This document shows positions 10,663 through 20,926 of a DNA stretch of 64,000 bases, piece after piece. A program made the position numbers and the translations under genes. A model generated the notes under the pieces. That model did no database searches. It was not told the DNA's origin and was given only the letters and a program-made list of their open reading frames with translations. The first letter of the stretch is position 1. Each line of letters opens with the position of its first letter. The stretch covers positions 1,408,001 to 1,472,000 of the forward strand of contig CAVVPN010000011.1 of NCBI GenBank assembly GCA_963750165.1. The letters are read 5' to 3'. The stretch is from an uncultured Gemmataceae bacterium (GTDB taxonomy: Bacteria > Planctomycetota > Planctomycetia > Gemmatales > Gemmataceae).

Positions 10663-12538
10663 GGTCGCGTCCCCGGAAAAGGTGTCCGTGGTCCCGGTCA
10701 TACAGCCGCGACCGGTTCTGACGGCGGCCGATGGCGGTGCCGACCAGAATCAGGGTGGTCCGAGACAGTCGGTTGCGCCGGACTTCCTCGGCCAGGTGCC
10801 GCAGTTCCGTCACGATGATTTGCTCATCCGGCCAGGAGACACGGTAGACGATGGCAACCGGCGTGTCCGGCGGATAGGCGGTCAGCAGCTGTTCCTGCAC
10901 TCGGTCAACCAGGCGGGCACTGAGGAAGAGACACAGGGTCGCGCGGTGTCTGGCCAGCGCTTCCAGAGTCTCGGATTCTGGCATGGGAGTCTGTCCCTCT
11001 GCCCGAGTGAGGATGATGGTCTGCACCACCTCCGGCAGCGTCAACTCGGTCTTCAGGGCCGCGGCGGCGGCCTGGAACGAACTGACGCCCGGAATGACCT
11101 CGTAGGAAACGCCGGCCTCGTCCAGCAGTGTCATCTGCTCCTGGATGGCGCTGTAGATGCTGGTGTCGCCGGAATGGAGCCGGACCACGTGTTTGCCGGC
11201 ACGCGCTGCCCCAGTCAGCAGGGCCGCCACGTACTCCAGTGTCAATGGGGCGGAGTTGTGCAGCACCGCCGTGGCGGGGGCGTGGCGTAACACAGCTTCG
11301 GGAACCAGCGACCCCGCGTAAACTACCACGTCCGCCCGGCCCAGGGCTCGGTGAGCCTTCACGGTCAACAGGTCGGGGTCTCCCGGCCCGGCCCCGACAA
11401 AGACAACTTTTCCCTGACCCACGGCCGGCGTCTCGAACAGGGGGGACCGGGCCAGGGCGAAGGTCATGCGCTGCGGGGCGAGGGGTGAGGTCATCACCTG
11501 TTTCTCAACGAGCAAGTGTTGCGCCCCCGAGGTCAGCAGTGCCGCCGGCTCCGCGACACCGGGCGTGCCGACACACCGGGCCACCGTCTCCGAGGGATTG
11601 GGTGTTCCCGGGACACTCGCCAGTTCGACGGCGCTGTAGAAGACAGTGTCCCATCCGTGCCGGTGAGCCATCATGGCAATGGCTTCCTCGTCGGCCTTCA
11701 GATCCACACTGGCCATGGTGCCGACGCTGCCGCGGGCAAAGCGAGACTCGGCCAGGAACCGAGTCAGACCGTCTTCCAGGGCTTCGACGGAGATGCCGCG
11801 CTCGCAGCCAACACCCAGCACCAGGCTCCGCGGTCGGAACCACAGCACCCGCTCGGGATCCACACCGCCGATGTTTTCGGGCAACCGATCCGTGACCCAC
11901 ACCAGGAACTCATGGGGCTGCTCCGGCAGGGCCGTGGGCTGCCGGGCGAAGGACACGTTCGCGGGTAACTCCCTATCATCAAGCCATCCACCCTTTGCCG
12001 CGATTTCCTGGATGAACGCCACGGGAGCGCCGTTCACGAGAGCGGCCGCCGCGTCCTTGAGCCGGGCGCGCGGCTCGGCTGTCCAGCCGAACTCATCCTC
12101 CAGCAAATCGAGACTCAGGCCGCCGATCACGTCCGAGGCAGTGGTGATAATCGGCGTGGCTCCAAGGCAGCCGGCGACAGTACGAGCGAAGACGTTGGCG
12201 CCGCCGCGATGTCCCGAGAGCAGCGGGATGACAAAATGCCCGGCCTCGTCCACGGCCAGCACGCCCGGGTCAGTGTCCTTGGACGCCAGGCACGGGGCGA
12301 TGAGTCGGGTGACTGCCCCAGCCGCGAGAAAGAACACCAGCTGTTCACAGCGGTCGAACAGGGTCGGGACCAGTGTCGCCAACGCACCATCGTACACAGT
12401 TTCCCAGGGATGCTCGGGAGGCCCGTGACGAGCCGGGCGATGGACTTCCCCGGTGCGCAGGCGGCGGCGCAGGCGGCGGGCCTGGTCGATGCCCCGGCGG
12501 GTGACGGCGATCAGTGCCACGTTAGTTGGCGTGGTCAT
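10637..12538 (-). CDS. cbiG: Fusion of CbiG (cobalt-precorrin-5A hydrolase) and CbiF/CobM (precorrin-4 C11-methyltransferase)
   Basis: N-part K.TDPGVLAVDEAG..VIPLLSGH.GGAN, ITTASD, GVGCERG, GVAEPAAL. C-part VGAGPGDPDLLTVK, YAGSLV, RLHSGD.SIYSAI.EQ, SRLYD. Confidence 0.92.
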   Translation of the reverse strand: MTTPTNVALIAVTRRGIDQARRLRRRLRTGEVHRPARHGPPEHPWETVYDGALATLVPTLFDRCEQLVFFLAAGAVTRLIAPCLASKDTDPGVLAVDEAGHFVIPLLSGHRGGANVFARTVAGCLGATPIITTASDVIGGLSLDLLEDEFGWTAEPRARLKDAAAALVNGAPVAFIQEIAAKGGWLDDRELPANVSFARQPTALPEQPHEFLVWVTDRLPENIGGVDPERVLWFRPRSLVLGVGCERGISVEALEDGLTRFLAESRFARGSVGTMASVDLKADEEAIAMMAHRHGWDTVFYSAVELASVPGTPNPSETVARCVGTPGVAEPAALLTSGAQHLLVEKQVMTSPLAPQRMTFALARSPLFETPAVGQGKVVFVGAGPGDPDLLTVKAHRALGRADVVVYAGSLVPEAVLRHAPATAVLHNSAPLTLEYVAALLTGAARAGKHVVRLHSGDTSIYSAIQEQMTLLDEAGVSYEVIPGVSSFQAAAAALKTELTLPEVVQTIILTRAEGQTPMPESETLEALARHRATLCLFLSARLVDRVQEQLLTAYPPDTPVAIVYRVSWPDEQIIVTELRHLAEEVRRNRLSRTTLILVGTAIGRRQNRSRLYDRDHGHLFRGRDREETSPPA

Positions 12539-13788
12539 GGTTTCCTGACTCGAAGGATGAAGATCAGGTTGTCCGGCTCCAGGGCGTGCAGGCACCCGAG
12601 CGGCCGGGAGTGCGCCAGCTGGACCGAGGTGACATCGGGTTCCAGTCCGCGAGACCGCAGCCACTCCCAGGCGCCGGACAGGGTTTCCAGGGCGATGCAA
12701 TTCAGGACGAGGCGGCCGTTCGGTCTGAGTCGGCTCAGGGCCATGTCAAGGATGTCCAGCAAACGCCCGCCATTGCCGCCGACGAACACCGCATCCGGGT
12801 CCGGCAGGTCGGCCGTCCCGTGAGGAGCCTCAGCGTGAATCGCACGCACTCGCCCCAGTCCGAGAGCCACGGTGTTGGCCTCCAGTCTCCGGTATTCCTC
12901 GGCGTCCCGCTCCAGGGCAAACACCTGCAACTCGGGAGAGAGCCGCGCTGCCTCAAGGGCTACGGAGCCGCTGCCGGCGCCCACGTCCCAGAGCACGTCA
13001 CCGGGATGCAGTTCCAGGGAGCAGAGCGCCAGCAGGCGAACCTCGCGCCGCGTGATGAGTCCGCGCGGCCCCGCTCGATGCAACAACTGGCCCTCGGGTA
13101 ATCCCAGCAGCGGCAGCGCCTCGTGCTGCTGCCGCTTGCGGCCTGGCGTTCCCACTTCTCGCACCAGCACGACGACATTCAACGGCGAGAACGTCTCCCC
13201 ACTCAGCCGCCCGGCCGGATGGAGTGAGACGCGCTCGTCGGGGCCACCGAGGTTCTCGCACACCCACAGGGCGTACTCTTCCGCCACACCGAGTTCGCGC
13301 AACCACTCGGCGATGGCTCCCGGGTGATTGATGCCGTCGGTCAGCACTGCGATCTTGGCCTCCCGGGCGAGCAGGGCGGGCCGCAGGCACTCCAGGGGCC
13401 GGCCGTGCAGACTGACGACCCGGGCGTCGTGCCACGTCTCCTTGACGCGCGCGAACGCCAGTTGCACCGAACTCACCTGTGGCAGGAACACCAGATTTTC
13501 CCGCGGAATCGCCCGCAACAGCGCCCCGCCGATCCCATAGAAGAGGGGATCGCCCGACGCCAGCACGACCGTCTTTTCCGCGGTGTAACACGCTCGGAGC
13601 CGGTCAACAAACTCCTCCACGTCCGAGCCCAGAGGGATTCTCGTCCCGCCCCACTCGGGGAAGTAGTCCAGGTGTCGGTGGCCGCCCGCAAGCACCCGGG
13701 CCGTGGTGACATGGCCGCGAGCCTCGGCCGACAGTCCCGCCGCCCCGTCGGGACCGATACCGACAACAATGAGCGGATGGTCCCTCAC
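12535..13788 (-). CDS. cobL: Bifunctional CbiE/CbiT (CobL) precorrin-6B methyltransferase/decarboxylase
   Basis: VVGIGPDG, LASGDPLFYGIG, SLHGR, CENLGG..E, ITRREVR, WDVGAGSGSV, PDAVFVGG. Confidence 0.93.
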   Translation of the reverse strand: MRDHPLIVVGIGPDGAAGLSAEARGHVTTARVLAGGHRHLDYFPEWGGTRIPLGSDVEEFVDRLRACYTAEKTVVLASGDPLFYGIGGALLRAIPRENLVFLPQVSSVQLAFARVKETWHDARVVSLHGRPLECLRPALLAREAKIAVLTDGINHPGAIAEWLRELGVAEEYALWVCENLGGPDERVSLHPAGRLSGETFSPLNVVVLVREVGTPGRKRQQHEALPLLGLPEGQLLHRAGPRGLITRREVRLLALCSLELHPGDVLWDVGAGSGSVALEAARLSPELQVFALERDAEEYRRLEANTVALGLGRVRAIHAEAPHGTADLPDPDAVFVGGNGGRLLDILDMALSRLRPNGRLVLNCIALETLSGAWEWLRSRGLEPDVTSVQLAHSRPLGCLHALEPDNLIFILRVRKP

Positions 13789-14405
13789 GGCGTCTCCTCC
13801 CGGGCGAGCAGCAGCAGAGCGTTGATCGCGGCCGCGGCCACGGCACTGCCGCCCTTGCGGCCGCGCACCGCTAGCACCGGGATGCCCAGGGCCAGTGCTT
13901 CGTTCTTGCTCTCGGTCACGGCCACGAACCCGACCGGCATGGCGACCACCAACCGCGGCCGCACCAGTCCGCCCCGCACCGCCGCGCACAGCGCCAGCAA
14001 CGCCGTCGGGGCATTGCCGACGACGTAGACCGCTTCGGGCACCGTCGCGACGGCGCGTTCCATGGCGCACCAACTCCGAGTCTTTCCCCTGGCGGCGGCT
14101 GCCTGTCGCACTTCGGGTTCGTCGATGAAACAGTGGAGCCGGACCGCAAGCGCTGCCAGTGAGGGTTGGTGGATTCCCGCCGCAACCATGCGCACGTCGG
14201 TGACGAGGGGGACGCCTTCCCGGAAGGCACCCACGCCCGCAGCGACAGCATCCGGCGTGGAGACGACTTCGCGCACCAGCCCCAGGTCGCCCGAGGCATG
14301 GATCAGCCGCCGGACGACGGCCCACTCGGCGGGGGGAAAGGAGTGTCGGCCAACCTCGCGTTCGATGATGCGAAAACTCTCGGCCAGGATCTCAGACGGT
14401 TCCAT
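13785..14405 (-). CDS. cobH: Precorrin-8X methylmutase CobH/CbiC
   Basis: ESFRIIE, RRLIHASGD, VGNAPTAL, PVGFV...ESK, GRKGGSAVAAAAINAL. Confidence 0.95.
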   Translation of the reverse strand: MEPSEILAESFRIIEREVGRHSFPPAEWAVVRRLIHASGDLGLVREVVSTPDAVAAGVGAFREGVPLVTDVRMVAAGIHQPSLAALAVRLHCFIDEPEVRQAAAARGKTRSWCAMERAVATVPEAVYVVGNAPTALLALCAAVRGGLVRPRLVVAMPVGFVAVTESKNEALALGIPVLAVRGRKGGSAVAAAAINALLLLAREETP

Positions 14406-15174
14406 GCTCGTGGCCCTCCACCTCACCCGGAAGCGCGTACCCGCGCGGCGTCGCCAGCACGGGACCGAGGCGGCGCGTCCGGGAGCTGCCGACGATGATC
14501 GTGGTGAACATGTCCACGTCCGCCTCCCCCATGCAACCCACGGTAGTGACGAGTACCGACTGTCCCGGCCGGTAGGCGTTGCGCACGAGTCCCACGGGGG
14601 TTTCCTCAGCTCGATACCGCGCCAGGATTTCCTGAGCCTTGCGGTACTGCCAGTCGCGCCGGGCGCTCCGCGGGTTGAGCAGGGCCAGGACGAAATCCGC
14701 CTCTGCGGCGGCGCGCAGCCGGCGCTCGATCACCACCCAGGGAGTGAGCAGGTCGCTAAGGCTGACGACAGCGAAGTCGTGTCCGAGTGGTGCCCCGAGC
14801 AACGCGGCGGCGGCGTTCACGGCCGACACACCCGGGACCACCTGCACCCGATCCAGCAACCGCTCGTCCGCGACCGCCGCACACTCCAACACCAGGCCGG
14901 CCATCGCATAAATCCCTGGGTCGCCGCTGGAGATCACACACACCGTCTTCCCTTCTCGCAGACATTCAACCGCCAACCGGGCGCGCTCCACTTCGCGGGT
15001 GAGCGGCAGGGACAAACATTCCTTTCCCTCGACCAGGTCCGTGATACCGGAGAAGTAACCGTCATAACCAATGACCACCTCGGCGCACCGCAGCGCTTCC
15101 AGGGACTGACCCGTCATGGCGGCGCGTGCCCCGGGACCGAGGCCGACCACGAACAATTTGCCCCGAGTCGTCAC
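14392..15174 (-). CDS. cobJ: Precorrin-3B C17-methyltransferase CobJ/CbiH
   Basis: VVGLGPG, ISSGDPGIYAMAG, GAPLGHDFAVVSLSDLLTPW, NPRS..R, TPRGY. Confidence 0.95.
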   Translation of the reverse strand: MTTRGKLFVVGLGPGARAAMTGQSLEALRCAEVVIGYDGYFSGITDLVEGKECLSLPLTREVERARLAVECLREGKTVCVISSGDPGIYAMAGLVLECAAVADERLLDRVQVVPGVSAVNAAAALLGAPLGHDFAVVSLSDLLTPWVVIERRLRAAAEADFVLALLNPRSARRDWQYRKAQEILARYRAEETPVGLVRNAYRPGQSVLVTTVGCMGEADVDMFTTIIVGSSRTRRLGPVLATPRGYALPGEVEGHEHGTV

Positions 15175-15893
15175 TGCCTCTCCCTCCGCCGCAAAATGAC
15201 GAGTGAGAAGTACGGTAACTCCCGGTCGCGCAGGCATTCAAGGTCTTCGACCACACGCTCGGCCGGCGTGCCGACCTGCTCGACGTAGACAGCCCGCACC
15301 GGCCGTGGCAGGGCCGCCAGTACCTCCAGCAATTGTCCGAACACGGCGTTCACCTTGAGCAGAAAGACGGTGGCGAATTCATCAAGCAGTGTTGGCAACC
15401 GTTCGAGACCATAGGCGGCGGGGACGACCGCCACTTTCTCGTCGAGTCGGGAGACTGGCACCCCGGCCCGAGCCGCGGCCGCACACGGCGAGGTCACGCC
15501 CGGGATAATTTCGATGCGCAACCCAGGGACGCGGCATAGTTCTTCATGCAGGTGCAGAAATGTGCTGTAAAACAGCGGGTCGCCCTCGGTGATCCACGCC
15601 ACCGATTTCCCGCGCCGCAGTTCCGCCACGATTTCCGCCGCCGCCCGACGATACCTGTCGGCGTCGCCGCCCCGGTCACGGGACATGCACAGGTTCACGG
15701 GGCGAAACCTGGCGGCGGGCAGTCCGAGGGGTTCGATGATGCGACGGGCGAAGCCTTCCCCACCCCGAGCCCCGGCCGGCAAGAAAATCCAATCGACCGC
15801 CGCGAGCACACGCTCGGCCTTGCGTGTGATTAACTCCGGGTCACCGGGTCCGACTCCCACCCCGTAAAACATCCCAGGGATTCCGACATTCAT
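15171..15893 (-). CDS. cobI: Precorrin-2 C20-methyltransferase CobI/CbiL
   Basis: YGVGVGPGDPELITRKA, TEGDPLFYSTF, IPGVTS, LPYFS. Confidence 0.95.
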   Translation of the reverse strand: MNVGIPGMFYGVGVGPGDPELITRKAERVLAAVDWIFLPAGARGGEGFARRIIEPLGLPAARFRPVNLCMSRDRGGDADRYRRAAAEIVAELRRGKSVAWITEGDPLFYSTFLHLHEELCRVPGLRIEIIPGVTSPCAAAARAGVPVSRLDEKVAVVPAAYGLERLPTLLDEFATVFLLKVNAVFGQLLEVLAALPRPVRAVYVEQVGTPAERVVEDLECLRDRELPYFSLVILRRRERQ

Positions 15894-15918
15894 AGCGTCC
15901 CCCGTTCGCCAGCATGGT

Positions 15919-16866
15919 TCAATGATGGTGATGGTGTCCGTGGTCATAATCGTGAGAGTGTTGATGATGGGCGTGGTCGTGTCCCTCTCCATCCTGCCCG
16001 ATACCGCGGACGTGGTGATGGTGGCCGACCTGGGGCTGGCCCACCGCCTGTTCAAAGCCCGGAAGACGCACCCGATACTTGCACAACTCACAGTTCATGT
16101 TCGGGCTGCCGTGGACCACCTCCTCAGCCCGCTCGGCGAAGGTGTCGATCAGCAGCGGGTGCGTGTTGAGGTAGCCGGCACACACGAACTCCGTGTTGGA
16201 GTGGTCGCGGGCGAATTCCGCGGTTTGCTGGCGGATGCGCTTCTCCAGCACGCCAGTAAACAGGAAGAACGGGAACACCAGCACGCGGCGGAAACCCAGC
16301 CGGTGGCAGCGTTCCAGAGCCTCGGGCAGCAGCGGTGTGGTCACGCCGCTGTAGCACGTCGCGGCCCAGCCGAAGCCCATTCCTTCCCACAGCATCCGCG
16401 ACAGTTTGCTGATGTCGGCGTTGGCGTCCGGGTCACTGCTACCCCGGCCGACCACCAACAGCAGAGTGTCCTTCCGATCCCGCGGTCCCGCCGTTCGCTC
16501 GGCCTCTTCAATGCGTAGGCGGGACAGATCGATGACGTTGGGATGCAGGTGCAGGTGCCGGCCGTACTGGAAGTCCACCCCAGGGTGGCGGCGGCGGCCC
16601 TCGTTAATTTCGCTGGGGATGTCGTTCTTGGCGTGGCCGGCGGCCATGAGCATCCCGGGCAGCACCACGACCGTCCGGGCCCCGCGCTCGACACAACGAG
16701 CGGCCCCCGCTGCGATGACCGGCTGGGCGAACTCCAGGAAGCCGCACTCGACGATACGCTCCGGGTCCCGGGCGCGGAACAGGTCCACGACCTGCAAAAA
16801 TTCCCGAGTCCCTTCCGGGTCCCGGCTGCCGTGCCCGACGAACAACACCGCTGGTTTCATGGCCAT
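15919..16866 (-). CDS. cbiX: Long-form sirohydrochlorin cobaltochelatase with MxCxxC motif and His-rich tail
   Basis: VGHGSRD, FLEFA.P, AAGHAKNDIP, GRGSSDPDAN, FLFTG, MNCELCKYR, GHHHH...HDHAHHQHSHDYDHGHHHHH. Confidence 0.94.
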   Translation of the reverse strand: MAMKPAVLFVGHGSRDPEGTREFLQVVDLFRARDPERIVECGFLEFAQPVIAAGAARCVERGARTVVVLPGMLMAAGHAKNDIPSEINEGRRRHPGVDFQYGRHLHLHPNVIDLSRLRIEEAERTAGPRDRKDTLLLVVGRGSSDPDANADISKLSRMLWEGMGFGWAATCYSGVTTPLLPEALERCHRLGFRRVLVFPFFLFTGVLEKRIRQQTAEFARDHSNTEFVCAGYLNTHPLLIDTFAERAEEVVHGSPNMNCELCKYRVRLPGFEQAVGQPQVGHHHHVRGIGQDGEGHDHAHHQHSHDYDHGHHHHH

Positions 16867-16902
16867 GCCCTTTGCCTCTGGTTTCAGGGAGAGTCTACCG
16901 CT

Positions 16903-17514
16903 TCAGAACTCGACGCCCTTCTGTGCCTTGACTCCGGACCGATATGGGTGCTTGACGAGTTTCATTTCTGTCACCAGGTCGGCCAGTTCCACCAGTCCCT
17001 CCGGGGCATTGCGGCCGGTGACAACGACGTGCAGCATCGCCGGCTTCGCCCGCAGTTCGCCGAGCACCTCGTCCAGGGGAAGGTAGCCGTGCCGGAGCAC
17101 CACGTTCAACTCGTCAAGGATGACCATGTCGAAGGCGGGGTCGCGCAGCAGCGACAGAGCCTGATCCCATGCTTTGCGGGCGGAGGCGATGTCCTGTTCG
17201 CGGTCCTGAGTGTTCCAGGTGAAGCCATCACCCAGGGTGTACATGCGCAGCGGCAACAGTTCCCCGAGCCTGGCGGCCAGGGCAGCTTCCCCGGTCGGGA
17301 TGGCGCCCTTGATGAACTGGATGATGCCGACGCGCAATCCCTGGCCCAGGGCGCGGAACGCCAGGCCGAGGGCCGCGGTCGTCTTGCCCTTGCCGGCGCC
17401 GGTGTGGACGATGACCAGTCCCTGTTCGCGCGTGGCCCGGGCCTTGCGCTCCTCAAAGGCTTCCTTTTGCCGGGCCATGCGCTCCCGATGCAGTTCGTTT
17501 TCGTCCTGACTCAT
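16903..17514 (-). CDS. cobO: Cob(I)yrinic acid a,c-diamide adenosyltransferase (CobO/BtuR)
   Basis: VHTGAGKGKTTAALG, QFIKG, GFTW, ILDEL, TGR.AP, ADLVTEM...KHP, AQKGVEF. Confidence 0.96.
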   Translation of the reverse strand: MSQDENELHRERMARQKEAFEERKARATREQGLVIVHTGAGKGKTTAALGLAFRALGQGLRVGIIQFIKGAIPTGEAALAARLGELLPLRMYTLGDGFTWNTQDREQDIASARKAWDQALSLLRDPAFDMVILDELNVVLRHGYLPLDEVLGELRAKPAMLHVVVTGRNAPEGLVELADLVTEMKLVKHPYRSGVKAQKGVEF

Positions 17515-17521
17515 GGTTGCC

Positions 17522-19033
17522 TCAGGTTTGCTCCCGGAGGATGGCCTCCAGTTGGTTCATGTCCAGCGCTGCCTCCACCGCATCCGCGAGTCGTTCCAGT
17601 TCTCCGTGCAACGAGTCGCTGCTCGAAGCCGTGACCGCCGACCTCGCGCCGCCGCGCCGGAGACTGTCGAGCCAGACGCGGCGCAGGACGTCGTTCGCGA
17701 AGAGCCCGTGCAGATAGCAGCCCCAGACCCGGCTGTCCTCGCTCACCGCGCCGTCCAGCAGCCCGACACCGCGGCCGTTTCGCTGGACGATCTCAAGCCA
17801 GGGATGCCCGCCGCTGGTCCGGCCCAGGTGGATCTCGTAACCCGTCACTTCCTGCCTCTCAAGAAAACTCAGCCAGCCCGATCCGCCGCGCACCCGAGCC
17901 TGGGTCTGATAGGTCGCCTTGGTCGCCTCGAAGGTCGTCTCCACCGGGAGCAGTCCGAGTCCGGGAACTTCCGACACGGCGGATTCGACACCGAGCGGAT
18001 CCCGGATCACCTGGCCCAGCATCTGATAGCCGCCGCAGACGCCCACGACGGCGGTGCCCTCCCGGGCCAGGTGCTGAATCGCCGCAGCCAGTCCCTGGGC
18101 CCGGAGCCAGGACAGATCCGACACTGTGCTCTTGGTGCCGGGGAGGATGACGGCGTGCGGCTGTCCCAGTTCCGCCACGGTGCTGACGTAGCGTAACCCC
18201 ACCCCCGAGTCTCGGAGGAACGGGTCGAAGTCGTCAAAGTTGGCGACGTGCGGCAGTCGGATCACGACCACGTCAACCTCAACCGCCAGGGAAACAGGGC
18301 CGACGGTGTCGAGGGCCACAGCGTCTTCCTCCGGGATCGCAAGGCCCGTCAGGTGAGGGACCACGCCCAGCACCGGGACGCCCCCGCGTTCCTCCAGGAT
18401 GCGCACTCCGTCGGCGAACAGGGCTCGATCACCGCGGAACTTGTTGACTACCAGACCGCGAACCAGTTTGCGGTCGCCCGGTTCCAGGAGCAAGAGCGTC
18501 CCGAGTAACTGGGCGAACACACCCCCGCGGTCGATGTCACCCACCAGCAGCACTGGGGCAGAGGCGTGCCGGGCCACGGCCATGTTGGCGATGTCCACGG
18601 CCCGCAAATTCAGCTCTACCGGGCTGCCGGCCCCCTCAATCAGGACCAACTCATGGGCGGCGCGCAGCCGATCCAGCGCGGTGGTCACGACCGGCCACAG
18701 TTCCTCCCGACGGCGGTAGTAATTGGCAGCACGCATTGTCCTCCAGGGTCGGCCAAGGACGATCACCTGGGACCGCGCATCCGTCTCCGGCTTGAGAAGC
18801 ACGGGATTCATGTCCGCGGTCGGCTCAACGCCGGCCGCCGCCGCCTGCACCGCCTGCGCCCGGCCGATCTCCGCGCCGTCGGCACAGACGGCGGCGTTGT
18901 TGGACATGTTCTGGGCCTTGAACGGCGCCACCCGCAGCCCGCGCCGGGCGAAGACACGGCATAGTGCCGTTGTCAGCAGGCTCTTGCCCACGGACGAACT
19001 GGTTCCCTGGATCATGAGCACCCGCGCGGGCAT
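17522..19033 (-). CDS. cobQ: Cobyric acid synthase CobQ/CbiP
   Basis: MIQGTSSSVGKS, PFKAQNMSNN, MNPVLLKP, EGAGSP, DIDRGGVFA, NKFRGD, GVCGGYQMLG, GYEIH.G, YLHGLF. Confidence 0.96.
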   Translation of the reverse strand: MPARVLMIQGTSSSVGKSLLTTALCRVFARRGLRVAPFKAQNMSNNAAVCADGAEIGRAQAVQAAAAGVEPTADMNPVLLKPETDARSQVIVLGRPWRTMRAANYYRRREELWPVVTTALDRLRAAHELVLIEGAGSPVELNLRAVDIANMAVARHASAPVLLVGDIDRGGVFAQLLGTLLLLEPGDRKLVRGLVVNKFRGDRALFADGVRILEERGGVPVLGVVPHLTGLAIPEEDAVALDTVGPVSLAVEVDVVVIRLPHVANFDDFDPFLRDSGVGLRYVSTVAELGQPHAVILPGTKSTVSDLSWLRAQGLAAAIQHLAREGTAVVGVCGGYQMLGQVIRDPLGVESAVSEVPGLGLLPVETTFEATKATYQTQARVRGGSGWLSFLERQEVTGYEIHLGRTSGGHPWLEIVQRNGRGVGLLDGAVSEDSRVWGCYLHGLFANDVLRRVWLDSLRRGGARSAVTASSSDSLHGELERLADAVEAALDMNQLEAILREQT

Positions 19034-20115
19034 GGGTGCCACACCTCCCGAATCGCGGCCAGGAGTCGCTCGTTTTCCTCCGGCCGGCGCGTGGCGATAC
19101 GGACATGGCCGGGCAGGCCGAAGGAAGCACAAGCGCGGACCAGCATGCCGCGGCTCAGCAGCGCCGACCGAAAGGCAGTACCGTCACCCACTCGGACCAG
19201 GAAGAACGGCACGGCCGAGGGCACCGACCGCAACCCGAGTTCGCTCAATCCCGCCAGCAAGCTCTCCCGGGCACGGCCGAGTAAAACCAGGGAGCAGTCT
19301 CGGTGGGCCACGTCCCCGAGGGCGGCCACCCCGGCTGCCTGTGCCAGGGTGTTGACACTCCAGGGCGGTTGGGCGCGCCGCAGTGTATCGGCCAACGCGG
19401 CGGGACCGACGGAATAACCGAGCCGCAGGCCCGCCAGGGCGAAGTCCTTCGTCATGGATCGCAACACCAGCACGTTTACCGCCGCCAGTTCCAAGGCCGA
19501 GCGTAAGTCCGGGGCGAAGGGCAAATAAGCTTCGTCCACGACGAACAGCGTGTCAGCGTGCTGCCGCGCCCAATTCCCCACGGCCTCGGCAGGCAAGGTA
19601 GCGCCTGTCGGATTGTTGGGGTTGCACACGAAAACCACCCGTGGCCGTAGCCGCTGGATGTCTCGGGCGATGGCGTCGGCGTCTGGAGCAAAACCGTCTT
19701 CAGCGTGAGCCTGCCAGCCCTGGACGCGGCCTGCCATCAGTCGGGCTGCGCGGGCGTATTCCGAGTATGTGGGGCCAACCACCAGGATTGGGTCTCCGGG
19801 ACGGACGAAGGCCAGCGCCGTCAACCAGATCAACTCGGAAGCTCCGTTCCCGACGACAATCTGTCTCACCGGGACTCCGAGGAAATCCGCGAGAGCGGCA
19901 CGGAGGACCAGGGCTTCGCGATCCGGGTATCGGTCAACGGGTGCCTTCGCCAGTGCCGCCCGTACCGCCGGTGACGGGCCGTAGGGGTTGACATTCGCGC
20001 TGAAATCCAGCGTGTCTTCGGGTTGCAGACCCAGGGCCTGGATCTCCAGGAAATCCAGTCCGCCGTGAACGGCGGGAGCAACCTCCCCAGTTTGCCGGCG
20101 TGGCTCAGGCAGCAT
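19012..20115 (-). CDS. cobD: Threonine-phosphate decarboxylase (PLP-dependent, HisC-like)
   Basis: HGG..., LDFSANVNP.G, GNGASELI, CNPNNPTG, VDEAY, RSMTKDFALAGLRLGY; located in the cob operon. Confidence 0.85.
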   Translation of the reverse strand: MLPEPRRQTGEVAPAVHGGLDFLEIQALGLQPEDTLDFSANVNPYGPSPAVRAALAKAPVDRYPDREALVLRAALADFLGVPVRQIVVGNGASELIWLTALAFVRPGDPILVVGPTYSEYARAARLMAGRVQGWQAHAEDGFAPDADAIARDIQRLRPRVVFVCNPNNPTGATLPAEAVGNWARQHADTLFVVDEAYLPFAPDLRSALELAAVNVLVLRSMTKDFALAGLRLGYSVGPAALADTLRRAQPPWSVNTLAQAAGVAALGDVAHRDCSLVLLGRARESLLAGLSELGLRSVPSAVPFFLVRVGDGTAFRSALLSRGMLVRACASFGLPGHVRIATRRPEENERLLAAIREVWHPCPRGCS

Positions 20116-20926
20116 GGCCACCTCCCGCCACGAACACCAGCAGGACGACCGTTTCCAGCAACTCACACAGGGCGCCGTAGAGGTCGCCGGTGAGGCCAGG
20201 CAGGCGGCGCAAGGCGAACCGGGCCAATCCCCAGGTCGCCACCCCCGAGAGAGTCAGGGCCAGTGGCGTCCGCCAGACATCCGTCACGGTGGCCACGGCT
20301 GCCACGGTCAGGCCGGCGATGGCTGTGGCCAGGATCACCTGGGGCCAGCTTGCGTTATCCTTCATGGTTCGCCCGAGCCCTTCCGGGCGACCGTAGGGGA
20401 AGCCAACCACCGCCACGGCCACACCCCAGCGGCCCAGTGTGAGGGCCAGGACCAGGGCCGTGAGCCGATCCGTGAGACTGGCGAGCGTTGCGTATTTCAG
20501 CACCAGAAGCAGGACACCGCCGACCACGGCGAACGCCCCGACCCGTTCGTCGCGCATGATGCGCAACCGGGACTCCGGCGTGTGTCCGCCGAACAGGCCG
20601 TCACAGGTGTCCAGAAAACCGTCCAGGTGCAGGGCGCCCGTGCCGAGGGCCCAGGCAACGAGAACCAGGGCCGCCGTTACACCCGAGGGAAACACCAGCC
20701 CCAGGAGTTGGTCCAGGGCCGCCAGGAACCCGCCGAGCAGTACGCCCACCAGGGGAAACCAGCCCACGGAGCGACCCAGTTCGCTGGGGGTGAACGGCCG
20801 GCGGACCAGCGGCGGCGCCACGGTCAGGAACTGCACAGCGGCCAGGAAGGGCGTGAACCACCCGCCACGCTCCTGATCGGGAGACGGCGTCAGAGCCGGC
20901 GGCGACTCGTGGAGAAAGACCGTCAT
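20105..20926 (-). CDS. cobS: Adenosylcobinamide-GDP ribazoletransferase (cobalamin synthase)
   Basis: AVQFLT, FPLVG, TGALHLDGFLDTCDG, IMRD.RVGAFAV, GLTGDLYGA..E. Confidence 0.94.
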   Translation of the reverse strand: MTVFLHESPPALTPSPDQERGGWFTPFLAAVQFLTVAPPLVRRPFTPSELGRSVGWFPLVGVLLGGFLAALDQLLGLVFPSGVTAALVLVAWALGTGALHLDGFLDTCDGLFGGHTPESRLRIMRDERVGAFAVVGGVLLLVLKYATLASLTDRLTALVLALTLGRWGVAVAVVGFPYGRPEGLGRTMKDNASWPQVILATAIAGLTVAAVATVTDVWRTPLALTLSGVATWGLARFALRRLPGLTGDLYGALCELLETVVLLVFVAGGGHAA

